A DNA stretch of 64,000 nucleotides from Vicugna vicugna (taxonomy: Eukaryota). Shown here piece by piece: positions 49,677 to 62,965 of this stretch (within the stretch, counting starts at the first letter, position 1; each line of letters starts with the position of its first letter). Position numbers and translations under genes: made by a program. Location of the stretch: positions 334,741-398,740 of the forward strand of contig MU058226.1 of the NCBI GenBank assembly GCA_013265495.1. The letters are read 5' to 3'. Below the pieces are notes generated by a model that worked only from the letters and a program-made list of their open reading frames with translations, was not told the origin of the DNA and made no database searches.

Positions 49677-50585
49677 TTTAACAAATACCTGGGTGTCCTC
49701 TGTCTCACCCCCTCTCACATTCCCCCAGCCCAGTCTGCCTCTTACTCCTCCTGGTACATTCTGCCCTGATTCCCTAGATGCAGCTCTTCTCCCCAGACTC
49801 TCAAGCCCCAGTCTTCCAGACTCTACCACACGCCCCACCACTGCTCCAGAGCTTATCCCTGCCTTCCTTCCTAGTCTTTCTGACCCCCTCACCCCTGCCC
49901 CAGTGGAAACACATCAGTCCCTCTGGCCCCACCCATAATTAATTCTTTCCTCCAATGTAGTAAAGCCGGGAGAGATAATTATGGGATAGCAATGTTAAGG
50001 CTTGGGGAGATCAAAGGGATCAGAGGCTGGGTGGGGTCCTCCCTTGCGCAGCTGCAGCTGGGCTTTGTGTGTGCAGGTTGCGGGGTTGGGGGTTGCTGAT
50101 TCCACACTCAAATACCATGCGCAAACAGATCTGGGCCCAGGCTGTTTAGGAGAGTGACCTTGAGAGACTTAAATACACAGAAGGGGAAAACACGAAGAAA
50201 CAAAAACTGGGAGAGAGCAGAGAACAGCTTGAGACAAGGGGAGGGAGGGAGAGGAGTAGGAGGGGAAGTGACAGACACTGACAGACACCACTCAGGAGCG
50301 GCAGACGCAGCTAAGAGTAACAGGCAAACGTTAAGAGCAGAGAAGATCCTCAAGGTAAGAGCAGACTCCAGTAGGAGGCAGGGAGGATGTGAGAGCAGTG
50401 GGGCCAGGGCCCCTGCTGTGTCAGGCTGCTGAATCTGTTCCCAGTTCCGTCCCCCACAGATTCACTCCCTAGGTGTGTTTGTTTTCTGGTCCCTCCCTGT
50501 CTTGCTCAGATGCTCCAACTCTCCAACTCTCAGATCTCAGGGTACAGATCACATTCTCCCAGACTCCTGAGCCCCGGGTCCAGCC

Positions 50586-51783
50586 ATGGGCACCTCCAGC
50601 ATCTTCTTCTGCATTCTGTTTCTTGGTGGGGCACTGGGTAAGGGTGAGCTGGGGAATCCTTGGGGGCTAGAGGCAGGGTCCGGTGGTGGCAGGGGCTTGT
50701 GGAGGAGCCTGAGGGCTGGGGAGGGGGCTGGGGAGTGTGCTGAGAGATGCCAAGGAGAGAGCTGTAGGGGCTTTGGAAAGAAGAGATACTTGGAACAGTC
50801 TCTGGCCAGTCTAATGAGGTGAAACAAAGAAGTTTCTTTTCAAAGACATTTGCGAATAACTGTCTCTTCCTTGTGGCGTCTTTGACATGCCCCTTATCTC
50901 ACCTCTTGCTTCTTGGCTGGGCCCCTTGGTCAATGTTAATTCCTATTTTCCCATCTGACTTGGCACCATCTGCTTAACTTCTTCACTGCCATCCCTCTCC
51001 CATCCCGTCTGGCTTTTTGTATCATTCTCTGTGTTCATCTCTGAGTCTCTTGGCTTCTGTTCATATTTGTGCATCTCTCTCACTCCCTGTATCCCTCTTG
51101 CCTCTGTGTCTTTTTCTTTTCTGGCACTGTCTCCCCTCCCTTCTCTGTGTCTCTTTTTCTACTTCTGTCTGCTTTTCTCTCCATTTCACGCTTCCCTCTC
51201 CTATTTTGTGTATCACCTCTCTCTGCATCCCATTCCCAGATCTGGGCTCAGCCTCTCACCTGTCCTGTTTGCCTCTCTTCCCTGCCTGGTCTCCATCGAC
51301 CTCACAGGTCTCACCACATCCTCTGCCCAGGGACGGCTCCGCTGTTACACCTGCAACTTCGCCAAACCCTGCTACCCTATTCCCACTGAGTGTCAGGATG
51401 ATGAAGTTTGTGGCATCAGCATTGGTACCTCAGGTAGGATTCTGGTCCAGTGGACCTTCTCCAGGTCTTCCCCACTGCCATCCATCCTGTCTTTCCTGTG
51501 GCCTCCTGGCCCTTGCCTCTTTCCTGCCCAAGCCTCAGCATTCTCCCTTTGTCCCACAGAGCAGAGTGAGGTCATCCAGCGGAAAGGCTGCCTCCCAAGG
51601 GCCCAGTGCCCTCTGCAGGGCCATGCCACCTACTGGGAGCGCTCCTACTCTCTGCAGCACCACTGCTGTGAGCAGGACCTGTGCAATGCGGCCACCACCC
51701 TGCAGCGGCTCCCCAGCTGCCTCCTCATCACCCTGCTCATCCTCATGGCCAGCTTCACCTGGGGAGGCCACCTTCTCCACTAG
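50586..51783 (+). CDS. LY6G6E: Lymphocyte antigen 6 family member G6E, 133 aa, intact
   Basis: Exons 50586-50637, 51308-51433, 51560-51783. Signal peptide, LU domain LRCYTCNFAKPC...HHCCEQDLCN, hydrophobic tail. Lies between G6D and G6F on the opposite strand. Confidence 0.9.
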
Positions 51784-52268
51784 CCTCTCACAGACCTACA
51801 GCCGTCAACACAGGACTCCTCTACCATCACCATAGCCCTGGGAACACCTGTACAGACACTTGCGAGATTTGGCCAAGAACCTGATTTTGTACAGAGACCT
51901 CAGATCCCTGGTCCCAAGAGCTTCCCAGACCCCCCACAAGACCTGATTCCTACAGGCATTGCTCCAGCCCCTCCTGGCCCACAGTTCCTGCCCAGAGCCC
52001 AGCCTCATAAAGAACACCTGTTCTGAATCTTCGGCCTTTTCTAGATGCCCACTGCTGATGTGTTCTGTCAGCCCCAGCCTTCTGGCAAGGCAAGTGTTTG
52101 ATGGAGCTGGGGGTCCCAGGCAAGGGGATTGAAGGGGCACCAGATGTGGTGGGGAAGAGAGTTCTGTTAGGAAAGTTTAATTTAGTAGGTCAGGAACTCA
52201 GGAAGGAGGGCTTGGAGAGCTAGGAAGAGTATACATAATAAAAATGCTGTCTTGGGAGTCCGGAAACG

Positions 52269-52270
<2 letters not shown>

Positions 52271-52346
<76 letters not shown>
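52271..52346. repeat. Perfect (TG)n microsatellite, about 38 units
   Basis: Direct reading of the sequence. Confidence 0.95.
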
Positions 52347-52347
<1 letters not shown>

Positions 52348-53589
52348 ACGAGCACACACATTCTCTCTCTAAAAGCAAACTATAGCTGCTTGGTGGGTTG
52401 GGCTGGGATGCTGGCACCTGAAAAATAACTGTCCCTTCATCTTCCATCTGTCATTGGCGTCCTCCTTCTTGCCAATAGCTTAGCTTAAGCCACTGCAGCG
52501 TGAAGGCTTTAGGTGAGACTTCCAAGAAAGCTTTTCTCTAGCGAAGCCCCAGCTTGACTAGATACACAAAAAGGCCCTTTCTCCAGTGAGGCCCAAGCTT
52601 GACTGGATACATAAAAGGGCCCCTGGTGGAGTGGTGAGGGTGTGGCTAGGAGGCCACAGGAGACAAGGAACACCAGTGTCCTCCCCCGCTTCACCAGCCC
52701 AGACTTGTCCATGGTTTACTGACAAACCAGATTACACACCCAACCAGAGAATCCACCCACCCACCGCTGAGGACACTCTCGCTGCCTAGGGAGAGAGCAT
52801 GTGACTTGTGGGGCTGTCAGGATGTCAGGATGACAAGCTGCTCCCTGCTCCAGATGCCACAATGGAGTGCCTAGGATAAGGAGGAGTGTGTGGGGGGGCA
52901 CCCCATCCTGACCCCTTCCTTCCCCTTCCATCTGAGGAAGTCTGGGGTCCGATTAAAGGTGCTTATTCTCTCTCAACTTCTCTTTGTGAGAAGGAGACGG
53001 GGGTGAGGATCTGGCTTAAATTAGAAGCAAGTTGAGTGTTATTTCCATTCTCTCTGTCCCTCCATCCTCCCACTTTGTACTTCTATTTTTCTGTCTTTCT
53101 GTCTGTCTCTTTCCCCTTACTCTGCCTTGAGCCTATTCCCTTCTCTCTTCTTCAATGTCCCCCATTTGTCCTTTGGTTCCCCATAGCTGATCCTCCCCCA
53201 GCGCTCCAGCCTCTGGATTCCTCTGTGTCTTTTCTGCCCATCCCCAACCCTCCTCAGCCCTTGCCAGCTACCCCAGGCTCCCTTCATCCCATGGTACTGC
53301 AGGTTTAGGCCACCCTGTCACTGGCTACTGCGAGATAGGAAACCACACCTTTTCATAGGTGACATCACAGAATAATTCTTCTTTCTTTCAGCTCCCAGCC
53401 CCTTAAAACACACATGCACGCACACGTACACACAACACACAGAAAACATAGTTTGGCTGCTGGAGACCAGCTGGACTGGGAAGTAGCACTCCCAGCCCCT
53501 CCCCTCTTGCCAAGGTTTTCAGGGAATCCTTCAGGTGCCAGATGACCAAGGAGACAGCAGGTGACACTTCCCAGCAGCTGTCATTAAGA

Positions 53590-56376
53590 TCACCTGGTCT
53601 TGGGGACAGGTGGGCTGTGGGTTTTGCAAAGGAGAAAGACAGATTAAGGATACTTCCATTCGCCACCTTCTTGGGGACCAGCATCTGATCCCCACCCCAC
53701 CCCAGTCTCCTCTGGGTTTTAAACCTCCGCCCCCTAGCTCCTCACCTGAGATGGGCCAAATGGATATTCTCATAGACCTGGATCTCGGGTTTGAATCGAG
53801 GAATTGAGGCATCTGGGGAGAAGGAGCCATAGCGGGTGCGGCAGAGAAGTCAGATAACTCAGAATTGTATTCCTTACCCCCTCCTCCCCTAAGGAAGACC
53901 GCATAAAGCAAGATGTGAGCTCACCCCCTCTGCCTCATGCCCACAAACTCTCTTCTTTCCTCTGGGGAGGAGGGACTCACCTCTGCCCTGAGACCCCTGG
54001 ACCCTCCACCTCCACAGCATGATGCTGAGGACCAGGATAATGATCCCCTGGCCCACTGCGAGCAACAGCATCAGGATCCGGGGCACACCCCAGTCTGTGG
54101 AAGGGGCACAGAGGGCAGGGGAGGCGTCCGCGGAGGCTGCAGCAAGGACAAGACAAGAGGGATCAGGAGGGAGGTAGGGAGGGGGTCTGTCCCTTGTGCC
54201 CCACAGAGAAGCTTCCCCCATAGTCTGGTGGTCTCTTCCAAAAGACTTCATATGCTTCCTTGCCCCCAATATCCACAACCCCCCTTGTCCCTTTTCCAGG
54301 CCTCTCGCCCTGACCCCCTGAGCCAACACTGATAGAGAGTGCCAGTGCCCTCTGCCTACACATGGACGGCTAACTCTAGGGCAGACCACGAGTTACAACT
54401 GCGATTTTTAACTCATACCCTTCCTAGTAATCCACCCTTTCAAGAAAAAAGACAGTGCCTTCTGTTTATTCGTTCTTCCATTCATTCACTCCATAAGCAT
54501 CTGCAGAGTGCCCACCATGTGCCAGACACCATATTAGGTGCTGAGGATGGAGAGGGAAATAAAACCCAGTCACTGCCCATTAACTGGCCTATGCTTACCA
54601 AAATAATGGGCATTGGCTCCTCCCTCCTGCCTTGCGAATGGGTTATTCTACAACCAATAGCATTCTTTCTCTGCATAATGGACTTTTTATTGTAAAACAA
54701 TCATATATTTTTCCTCCTTCTGCCTCCACTATCAATGGGCCATTATAACATCGGTGCATATATCCTTTCTTCAAAAGACAACTGCCCCAGCAATAATTCT
54801 TACTTTCTTCCTCTCTGCTAAGGGATTTTTCACAAAAGTCACAGATTATTCTATTTCTAAATACAGATATAGACCACCAGAATCCTTCTCCCTCTTGGCT
54901 GATGGTCTATTCCATGAGAAAGCTCACTTAACCAACCCCCTTCTCTGCTAAATGGATTGAGTGAATGAGAAAAGAGTCCTCCTCCTCCAGGCAGCAGTCT
55001 GCTCCACCAAAAATGACCCCCTCTACACTGCCCCACGTGGCCAATAACAGATTTGCCTCCTCTCTCCCCTCCTCCCCAGCCAGCGGTGTGGGATGTGTTG
55101 GAGGCAACATCCTTCCCACAGTGTCCCTCAGTTTACCTGCCAGGTTAAAGCTGATCCCTTTATTCTGTGGCATGAGGCAGCGGATGATTCTTGGTCTACG
55201 TCTCCTGGGCTCAGGAAGCCCCTCTCCAGGACACACCAAGAGCAGGGCAGCCCCATCACCCCAGAAGGACTGTACATAGCCCCTCACAGTACCCTTCCCC
55301 TCCAGCCAGGTCACAGAGTCCAGGCGCCTGGCAGGGACCACAGAGCACAGGAGGACAGAGCAGGGGGATCCATCTGCAGCCCTTGCAGAGAACTGGGATC
55401 CTGGAGGGAGAGAGGGAGTCCTTAGTTTTTTGTCTGGGCTTCCCTAATTCCCAGTAGCCCCTGGTCTGCATGCCCCCCACTCACCTCTGAGCACAGAGAC
55501 ATCATACACCCTCCAGTTCTGGTACTTGTTGTGCTGACCCAGCACAGCGCACCAGTACCTCCCAGCATCTCCCTCCCTGGACCCTTCCAGCCACAGAGAG
55601 TAGTTTCCCAGCAGTTTGAGCTGGGGTTCCCTTTGGAGCTTCCCAGAGTAGGGAGTTGGTCTGGCCATTTGGACTTGGGCCACTAAGACAGTAGAGGAGA
55701 CTGTTGCAGGGCTGCGGAACCACGACAAGATTTCATCCCCATGCAGGGTGGGCGGTGAGGGGCACGGCAGCTCCAGTGCCTCCCCCAAGGCGACATAGAT
55801 GGCCTGGATGTTGTCTGTGGGGAGGGGGTTGTATGAGACCAGAGCCCTCCATCAAATCCACAACCACACCACTCGACCTCCTACCCCTCCCTTCCTCCCC
55901 TTCCTGGGTACCCCCAGCACTGGGCCTATCTGTAAGCACATTTCTCAAGTGACAGCTACAAAAAATTGAGGTGAATAGAAGAGGGTAGGACTCCCCCATC
56001 CCCACCAAGTGAGTGAAGGACTCTGAGGGCAAGAGGGGAAAGGCTGGAATAGTTAACAAATGCCCGTCTCCCTTCCCCTCATTTCTCATTTTCTGGATGA
56101 GCATTTACTTGTCCGTTCTTGTTTTCTAAAGGAAACTGTACCTGACCTGGACCCTCATGGTCTCTGGGTCTTCCCCAGTACTAGAGACAGGGGGAGGTCA
56201 ACTGGGGTAAATCTATCTTCGTGAGCCAGATGCCTTCCCCAGGCCCCTAAGGAGAAATAGCAGCAGTCCCTCCCAACCTTGTGAAGAGCTAGAGAATCCC
56301 CCACCTCCTGCTCCTTACCTGCAACAGCCTTGGGGAGCCCACACAGGCACAGAAAGGGGAGGAATAAGACAGCCAT
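53590..56376 (-). CDS. LY6G6F: Lymphocyte antigen 6 family member G6F (Ig-superfamily platelet protein G6f), 299 aa
   Basis: Exons 56376-56319, 55814-55485, 55400-55137, 54136-53981, 53812-53746, 53614-53590 (900 nt). IgV with DAGRYWC, second Ig-like exon, transmembrane helix, cytoplasmic VYENI motif. Confidence 0.93.
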
Positions 56377-58099
56377 GGGGAGAGCTTGCCAACTTCTCTT
56401 GCCTGGGACCTGCTATCCCCAGGGAGGAAACAGAGCCCAGATTAACGCCCATTCTCCCTAGTCTGGAGTGACAAGGGCCTCTGAAGGGGATGTGAATGCT
56501 GGGGAGATAAAGCCTAGCTGCATGTCTACCAGGGAAAAAAATGACCACCACCTTTCCATGCCGAGAGAGAAAAGACCCAGTTCAGGCCACTCTGAAGATG
56601 ACCCCATTACCCTTCAGACTCCACATCAGCTGAAGGAGTCAGATCAAAAACTCTCCATGCTAAGACGTCTGCCCAGAAGCAGTCACGGTTGTCCACATCC
56701 CATCAGTCTGGAAGTACACTCCGTGTTCTCCCTTCCAACCCTAGAGATCTCAGCCATGAGTGAAGATGAGTCTTCATGTTGGTTTCCAAGGAACCCCAGC
56801 ACAAGACTGCACACCCAGTCAGTACTCCATAAATGACTTAGAATGACATTCCTTTTGGCTGCCTGGCACACCACAGACTTCTTCTGAGCCTCTGGTGAGT
56901 ATATTAAGTTATTAACTCAAGGAGAAGGTTAGCAGGGGCCTGGAAAATTCACTGATTCATCCCTTTTCCCCAGGCAGGACTCTTAGGGCAGATCTTCATA
57001 TAGCTCTAATAGTTTGTAATGTGTTATTTATTTTCAAAGGCTATTCCTTTAACAGTTGTTTTTGATGAAATATTTCATGCATACCAAAGACTATATCTAA
57101 TGTACAACTATATAATGGCTAAATAAACTGTGGTATATTCATACACGAAACACTCAACAGCAATGAGAATGAGTAAACCACAATGACATGCAACAAGGTT
57201 GCATCTCACAAACATAATGAGAGTAAAGAAGCCAGAAACAAAAGGCGCATATTGCATTTATATAAAGTGCAGAAACTGGCAAAACTAATGTACAAGGTTA
57301 GAAATTAAGATAGTGATTACCTCTGGTGGGGTGGTAGCAAATGGTAGTAATCTGGAGAGGGTCTTCTAGATGCGGTAATGATATGTTCTTGAACTGGGTG
57401 CTGCTGATCACATGGATATACTCAACTGGTGCACTTTTCTGTATATGTGTTTACTGCAGTGAAAAGCTAAAGAGTTTATATATTATGTAGGTGTCAGGTA
57501 CAAAGAAAAATAAAACAAACCCGTATACCTATTGAGAAACAGAATACTATCGTTTCAAAGATGCTCTATGCTGTATAACAACATTCTAAATTCACTCTTT
57601 CACATACTTGATCGTTAAATTTTATGTGTTTTTGAATTTTATACTATGGTGTCATGTTGTGCACAGTCTTCTGTGGCTTTCTATTTTCCACTCAATATTA
57701 TGGTTTTGAGATTTGTTCAAGCTTAAGTACGATAATTCATCTTTTTTTTTTTTTACAGTATTTCACACGTCTTAACAATACGAAATCTTCCTATCCATGA
57801 CCATGGCGTAGCTCTCCACATAGTCAAGCCTTCGTTTACCTCTTTCAAGAACTTTTGTAATTTTCTTGGTAAAATCTTGCATATCTTTTATTAGATGTAT
57901 TCCTAGACACCTTTTTTGTTGCTCTTGTCAAATGCTCATGATCCTACTCTTCGTCCCCACTGTCACTCGAGAGTCTGCCAATAAGGGATAGAAAAAACTA
58001 ATTTACTTATGTCTGATAATTCTCTACCTCCCCGCGTTCCAAACGCTCCGACTAATTTCTGTCCATTGCTGTACCCGTAGCTCCAAGTGCGCGAAACTC

Positions 58100-58249
58100 T
58101 GTTCGGGAAGCGCTGAAAATGTCTCGACTCTGCACGAGGCGGAGCCGGTACGTGCTGACGTCAAGGGCACGCAACATCTTAGAGGCCTGGGGAGGGCGGG
58201 GCCGTCAGGGGGACCTGCTGCTGGAAGAGCAGCGGCCCGGCCCGGGGCC
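58100..58249 (+). promoter_or_regulatory. ABHD16A CpG promoter
   Basis: Palindromic CRE TGACGTCA at 58156-58163, GC box GGGCGGG at 58194-58200, CpG-rich. Confidence 0.65.
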
Positions 58250-61200
58250 ATGGCGAAGCTGCTGAGCTGCGTACTAGGCCCCCGGCTCTACAAAATCTAC
58301 CGGGAAAGGGACTCTGAAAGGGCCCCGTCCGGCGTCCCTGGGACTCCAACTTCAGTCACTACCCCCCCTTCCAGCTCCTGGGTGAGTCGAGTTCTCCCCT
58401 GGTTAAAAACATAGTATGGCCCAAACCCCTTTGCGGCCTTTGCTCCCCAGAAGCGCCCATTATTGGAAATAGGGGGAGCCTGCTTGTCAAGCCAGTTGTC
58501 CGCAAAGTCTGCGCTCTTTGTGCTTCCTGGGTTAAAGTCACCCTGTGCACTGGCCGTCTGTTTTATCGCTGTTTGCCAGTGCTTTCTCATTCTGACTACC
58601 ACTCCTTTTTCCTCTCGCGGCCCCTCACCCTACCCGTCGTGGTTCCTGCGGGTCCCAATTGACTCTTAAAAGTCCTGGAAGAGACCCTGCGCGGATTCCG
58701 GAGCTGGGTGATTTTGCCATTACGCTCTCCATTTATTCTTACTCAGTGCCTCACTCGGTTCCGCTTATCCTCCCCGGCCTTGAATTTCAAAATGATTTCT
58801 TCAACGTATCGTGTATCCGCTCTCCCCTCACCCCACCCCCAGCCTACCTTGGAGACCCCAGGATCACTGCGTTCCTGAAAGCTGGGGTGGTGGTAGGCTG
58901 TGCCCCTAAATGTTGTCTTCCTTTTTATCGGGAGTCTCAAATTATGTTTATTGTCCTCTGCAAACTGCCCACCTCCAGCCACACCTACTCCTAAATAACA
59001 AACAAAAACCCACTCTTATTTCTGGCTCTTCTTTCCCTTTAAAAGTTGTCATGGTGTCTTTTCCTTCTCTAACCCCTCTCCCATATGCAAACAACCCATT
59101 TAAAACTGCATTGTGAAAAAACAAGAGTCGTCCAATGTTGCTTTCACTTTTCCTTCCAAGTCCAGCCCCCCGTGTTTGTTCCTCTGGTCTGGAGTGGGAA
59201 AGCAGGCTTTCAGTTGTGATGGGGAAGGGAGGCTTCCTTGGGAGCCAGAGATGTCCCAGGAGATATGGCTTTGGGGGCTAGAACCAAAGGACACACATCA
59301 GGGCTTCTGCAAGGGAAGGGGGAGAACTTGTCAATGAGCGGGGTCCTTAATTCCACCATCTGTTTTGGCAGGATACGTACTATCAGCCCCGTGCCCTCGA
59401 GAAACATGCTGACAGCATCCTGGCACTGGTATGTCTGCCCCGGGCATCTGAGACTACTACTGCATCTTTTCAGAGCCAGTTGCCCTCCTGAACTTTCTCC
59501 TCCCCAGCCTAGGAGAAGGCAGCGCCCTTGGGGGTGGGGAATGCTCTGGGCTTTGCAGCAGACATCTCCAACACACACACATAGACTGCTCTCAAACGCG
59601 CATACTTGGTACTCCCCTTTGGCATGTGCACTGCTTTCTCTGGGGCAGCCTGAGCCATGAAGAAACCCTTTACTCTTGGGACCATCCCCAGGTGCTGGGT
59701 CCTGCAGTCCCCAGTGACCTGTCCTCCCTGGCAACTAACCTCTTTGGCTGCAGAGACAGCTGTTGTCTCTGGCAAGGTTCCTGTGGTGATGTTTGTGCAT
59801 CTCTTGGGGACAAGGCCAGGGGCTGTCCTGAGCAGAGCTGATTGAAGAGGCTTGATTGACTTGAGTAGAAAAAGAGACTGGCCTTAAGATGTGATGAAAT
59901 TATGTCCGGAGATGACTAGATGAAGAAAATAGAAACTGTACCTAGTTTTCCCAGCCTGTGTTATGCTCTGACACACTGCTTTTCAACAAATAATTGAGCA
60001 CCTACTGTGTGCATGGTGTCATGCACAAGGTAGGTACTTGATATGATATTATCCTTCAGGTTATCCACTTTGCTCAGAGCCTAGGCCTGGAAATGGCAGA
60101 CTTGTGTGTGCATGCATGTGTGTGTGTGTATTGATTGCTTGTCCCTGTCTCTCTGCTGCAGGCTTCAGTCTTCTGGTCCATCTCTTATTACTCCTCTCCC
60201 TTCGCCTTCTTCTACTTGTACAGGAAAGGTCAGTGTGGTTTCCAAGGTGGTGGGACAGGAAATGGGCAGGTTGTTGGCAGCTGAGCCCATCTCCTAAAGG
60301 GGAAAGGGAACCTGTGAGGATGGCTTGGCTTCCCTCTTCCATCAGGCATCTTCTTCCTCTGAGGGCGTGGCTGTCCCCCAAAGAGGGTGTGGGGTGGAGA
60401 CTGGGGCCAAACTGGGAAAGGAGCTGAGGGTCAAGGGGGAAAGCGTCTCACATAATCACTCTCCCATCCAGGTTACCTGAGTTTGTCCAAAGTGGTGCCA
60501 TTTTCTCACTATGCTGGGACATTGCTTCTACTACTGGCAGGAGTGGCCTGCCTCCGAGGTAGGTGGAGAGGGACCTGGTTTGGACCTATCCATCACTGGG
60601 TAAATATTCATTAAGTACCTTCTGCAAATATAATTTGGTGCTGGTCTCTGAGGGGGAGTAATTAATGGTCAAGGCATGATCTTTTCCTTAAAGGGCTTGA
60701 GTCGTAAATAGAAACAAATAATTGGCAGAAACATTTGCTGTTACCTAGAAAAGATGCATATACCCTACAACAGTTCCATATATATCCATATATATGTTTG
60801 TAATAACCCTAACTGGACTGCATGGCCCCGAATAGCAGGATGGATAAATACATTAGGGGTATAGTCCTGCAACAGAACGCCATAGAGCAAGGCAGACACA
60901 CAGACTATAGAGTTACACTCAGCAACACAGATGGATCTCAGAGGTGTTATGCTGAGTGAAAAATGCTGACCACCAAATAGTTCATGCAGTATGTTTCCAT
61001 TTATATGAAATTCAACAGGGATGCAGATCTAAGTGGTAAAACACTAAAGAAAATCACAGGCATGGGTATCTTGAAAGTCAGGAGACTGCTTACCTGGAAT
61101 GGGGAGGGAACAGGCCGAGGAGGCCTCCTGGCAGGAGATGGCTTTGTTCTCTTTCTCATCCTGGGTGATTGGTACATGAATGTTTGTATCTTTTAAGCTG

Positions 61201-62965
61201 AATGTATGTTTTATGTACATATGTTATTATCTCACAATTTTAAAAATGGAGAGACAAACCAAATCATTGCCCTCTGGTGGGTGCACATGATGAAAACCGG
61301 GGGAGGGGGGTCCTGAGAAGGGAGTGGTGGGGTCAGGAGCTGGATGGCTACAGGTGGGTCCAGCCCGAGGTGAGGCCCTTCTGCCTGTTCTGTCTCCTGA
61401 TCACCATGGGGCTGGGCTCCCTCCTTAGACAGGCCCTCCCTGATCACCCTGCCTAAAAATAGATCCCACTCCTCTTCATTTTTTTAATCTGGGGGAAAAA
61501 TTCAGTCCAGAGAACAAAATACCAAAAAGAACTAAAATGTTTGTGTTTTGTGCTATTGCTTCAAATATGTTTTGTCAGTAAAATACTAAAGCATTACAGA
61601 TAGAGTTGACATTCCCACCTAAATCTAACCGCAGTCACACGTTCCTCTTTACCCAGAAGTAGCCACTGTCATCTGGTGTAGGTTTTCTTCCTGGTCCATA
61701 TTTTTTACTTTTACACAATATATACCTCATTCCATTAAATCTAAGCAGCTATAAATTGTAAAACACACACTGATTTCAGAGTTTTCAAATATGAAAAAAA
61801 ATAGGCATTTTAAAGTCTGCGACATGGTGAGTATAAACAATATGTAGCATTTGGGGGGCGCATTTTACCTTTTTAGCACAAATGGCATCATTCTATCTGA
61901 ATAATCCTGCAGCATGTTTCATTCTCAGTATTGTCTGGGGGCTCTCCCCTTGATAACACATAACATTCTAGTTCATTCTGGTTTTATTTTCTTTATAGCA
62001 CTTACGCTTCTTTGAAATGTTCCTGTTTACTCATTTACTGTCTTTCCCCAGCCCCACCCCACCCCCAACCGAAAGGCCAGCTCTCTGAGGGCCGGACCGG
62101 TGTGTCTCACTTGTTTCCTGCTGTTTCTCCCACATCAGAGCAGTGCCTGGGGCATGACTCCTTCGGGTCAGAGGGAGCAGAGAAGTCAGGGTTTGAGACT
62201 CCTTGGCAGTCATGGGAGAGCAGGTGCAATCGCTGAGGGGCCAAGTGAGGAGAGAAGAGAGCCCAGTGTTAGGAATGGCTTTCGATTCCGAGAGGGACGT
62301 AGAAGGGAGGCAGGAGAGGAGCAGTCCAGGAACTGAATGAGGCAAAGATGGACCCAGGAAGCAGAAGAGAAAGGAATCCCCAGGGACAGGAGGAGTGCTG
62401 GGTGGCACAGTTAAATGAGAATGAGGACAAGGAAGGGCACTCAGATTCAGCGCGGACATAATTATGGGGCTAGAGCAAAAGCTGTGAGGCCAGATGGCAG
62501 GGAGTTGGACTATACAGAAAAGAGGGAAAGGTGGCATCAGGGATGGGTGGAGTAAAAAGAAGAGAGACCCAGTGTTAGCAAGGGCGAAGCGTGCGGGCGT
62601 GTGACAGTGTTTTACGACTGGGGAGAATGAACGTCCTGGAGGGTAGAAGGTCGATAGTCTATAAAGAAAAACAGGAGAAGTTAGGGGACGAATGCTTTCG
62701 GAGGATTACGGAGAAAGGGAGTTGGCTCAGGTCTCCTGTTTCCCCAGCTCCAGGGCCCTCTATTCCTTTTCCTCCCACTTCTCCTTCCAGGGTCTTCTCC
62801 AGCTCCAATTCTCTTCCTGAAACCTACTCATCTTGCTTCCCAGTTTTCCTAACACGGTTTCCTATCCTCTCTCCACCAGGCATCGGCCGCTGGACCAACC
62901 CCCAGTACCGGCAGTTCATCACCATCTTGGAGGCGACACATAGGAACCAGTCTGCGGAAAACAAG
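58250..62965 (+). CDS. ABHD16A: Phosphatidylserine lipase ABHD16A (BAT5), first five coding exons; continues beyond the window
   Basis: Exons 58250-58381, 59372-59428, 60162-60228, 60472-60558, 62880-62965 (143 codons). MAKLLSCVLGPRLYKIYRERD...DTYYQPRALEKHADSILAL...GIGRWTNPQYRQFITILEATHRNQSAENK. Confidence 0.95.
60411..60471 (+). ncRNA. Sequence orthologous to human mirtron MIR4646 (expression here unproven)
   Basis: ACTGGGAAAGGAGCTGAGGG...CTCTCCCATCCAG ends exactly at the exon 4 acceptor and resembles the recalled hsa-miR-4646 arms. Confidence 0.35.

Noticed and set aside
51017..51835. 272-aa ORF overlapping LY6G6E
   Set aside because: It arises from a stop-poor polypyrimidine intron in an alternative frame, has a non-ATG start and is low complexity.
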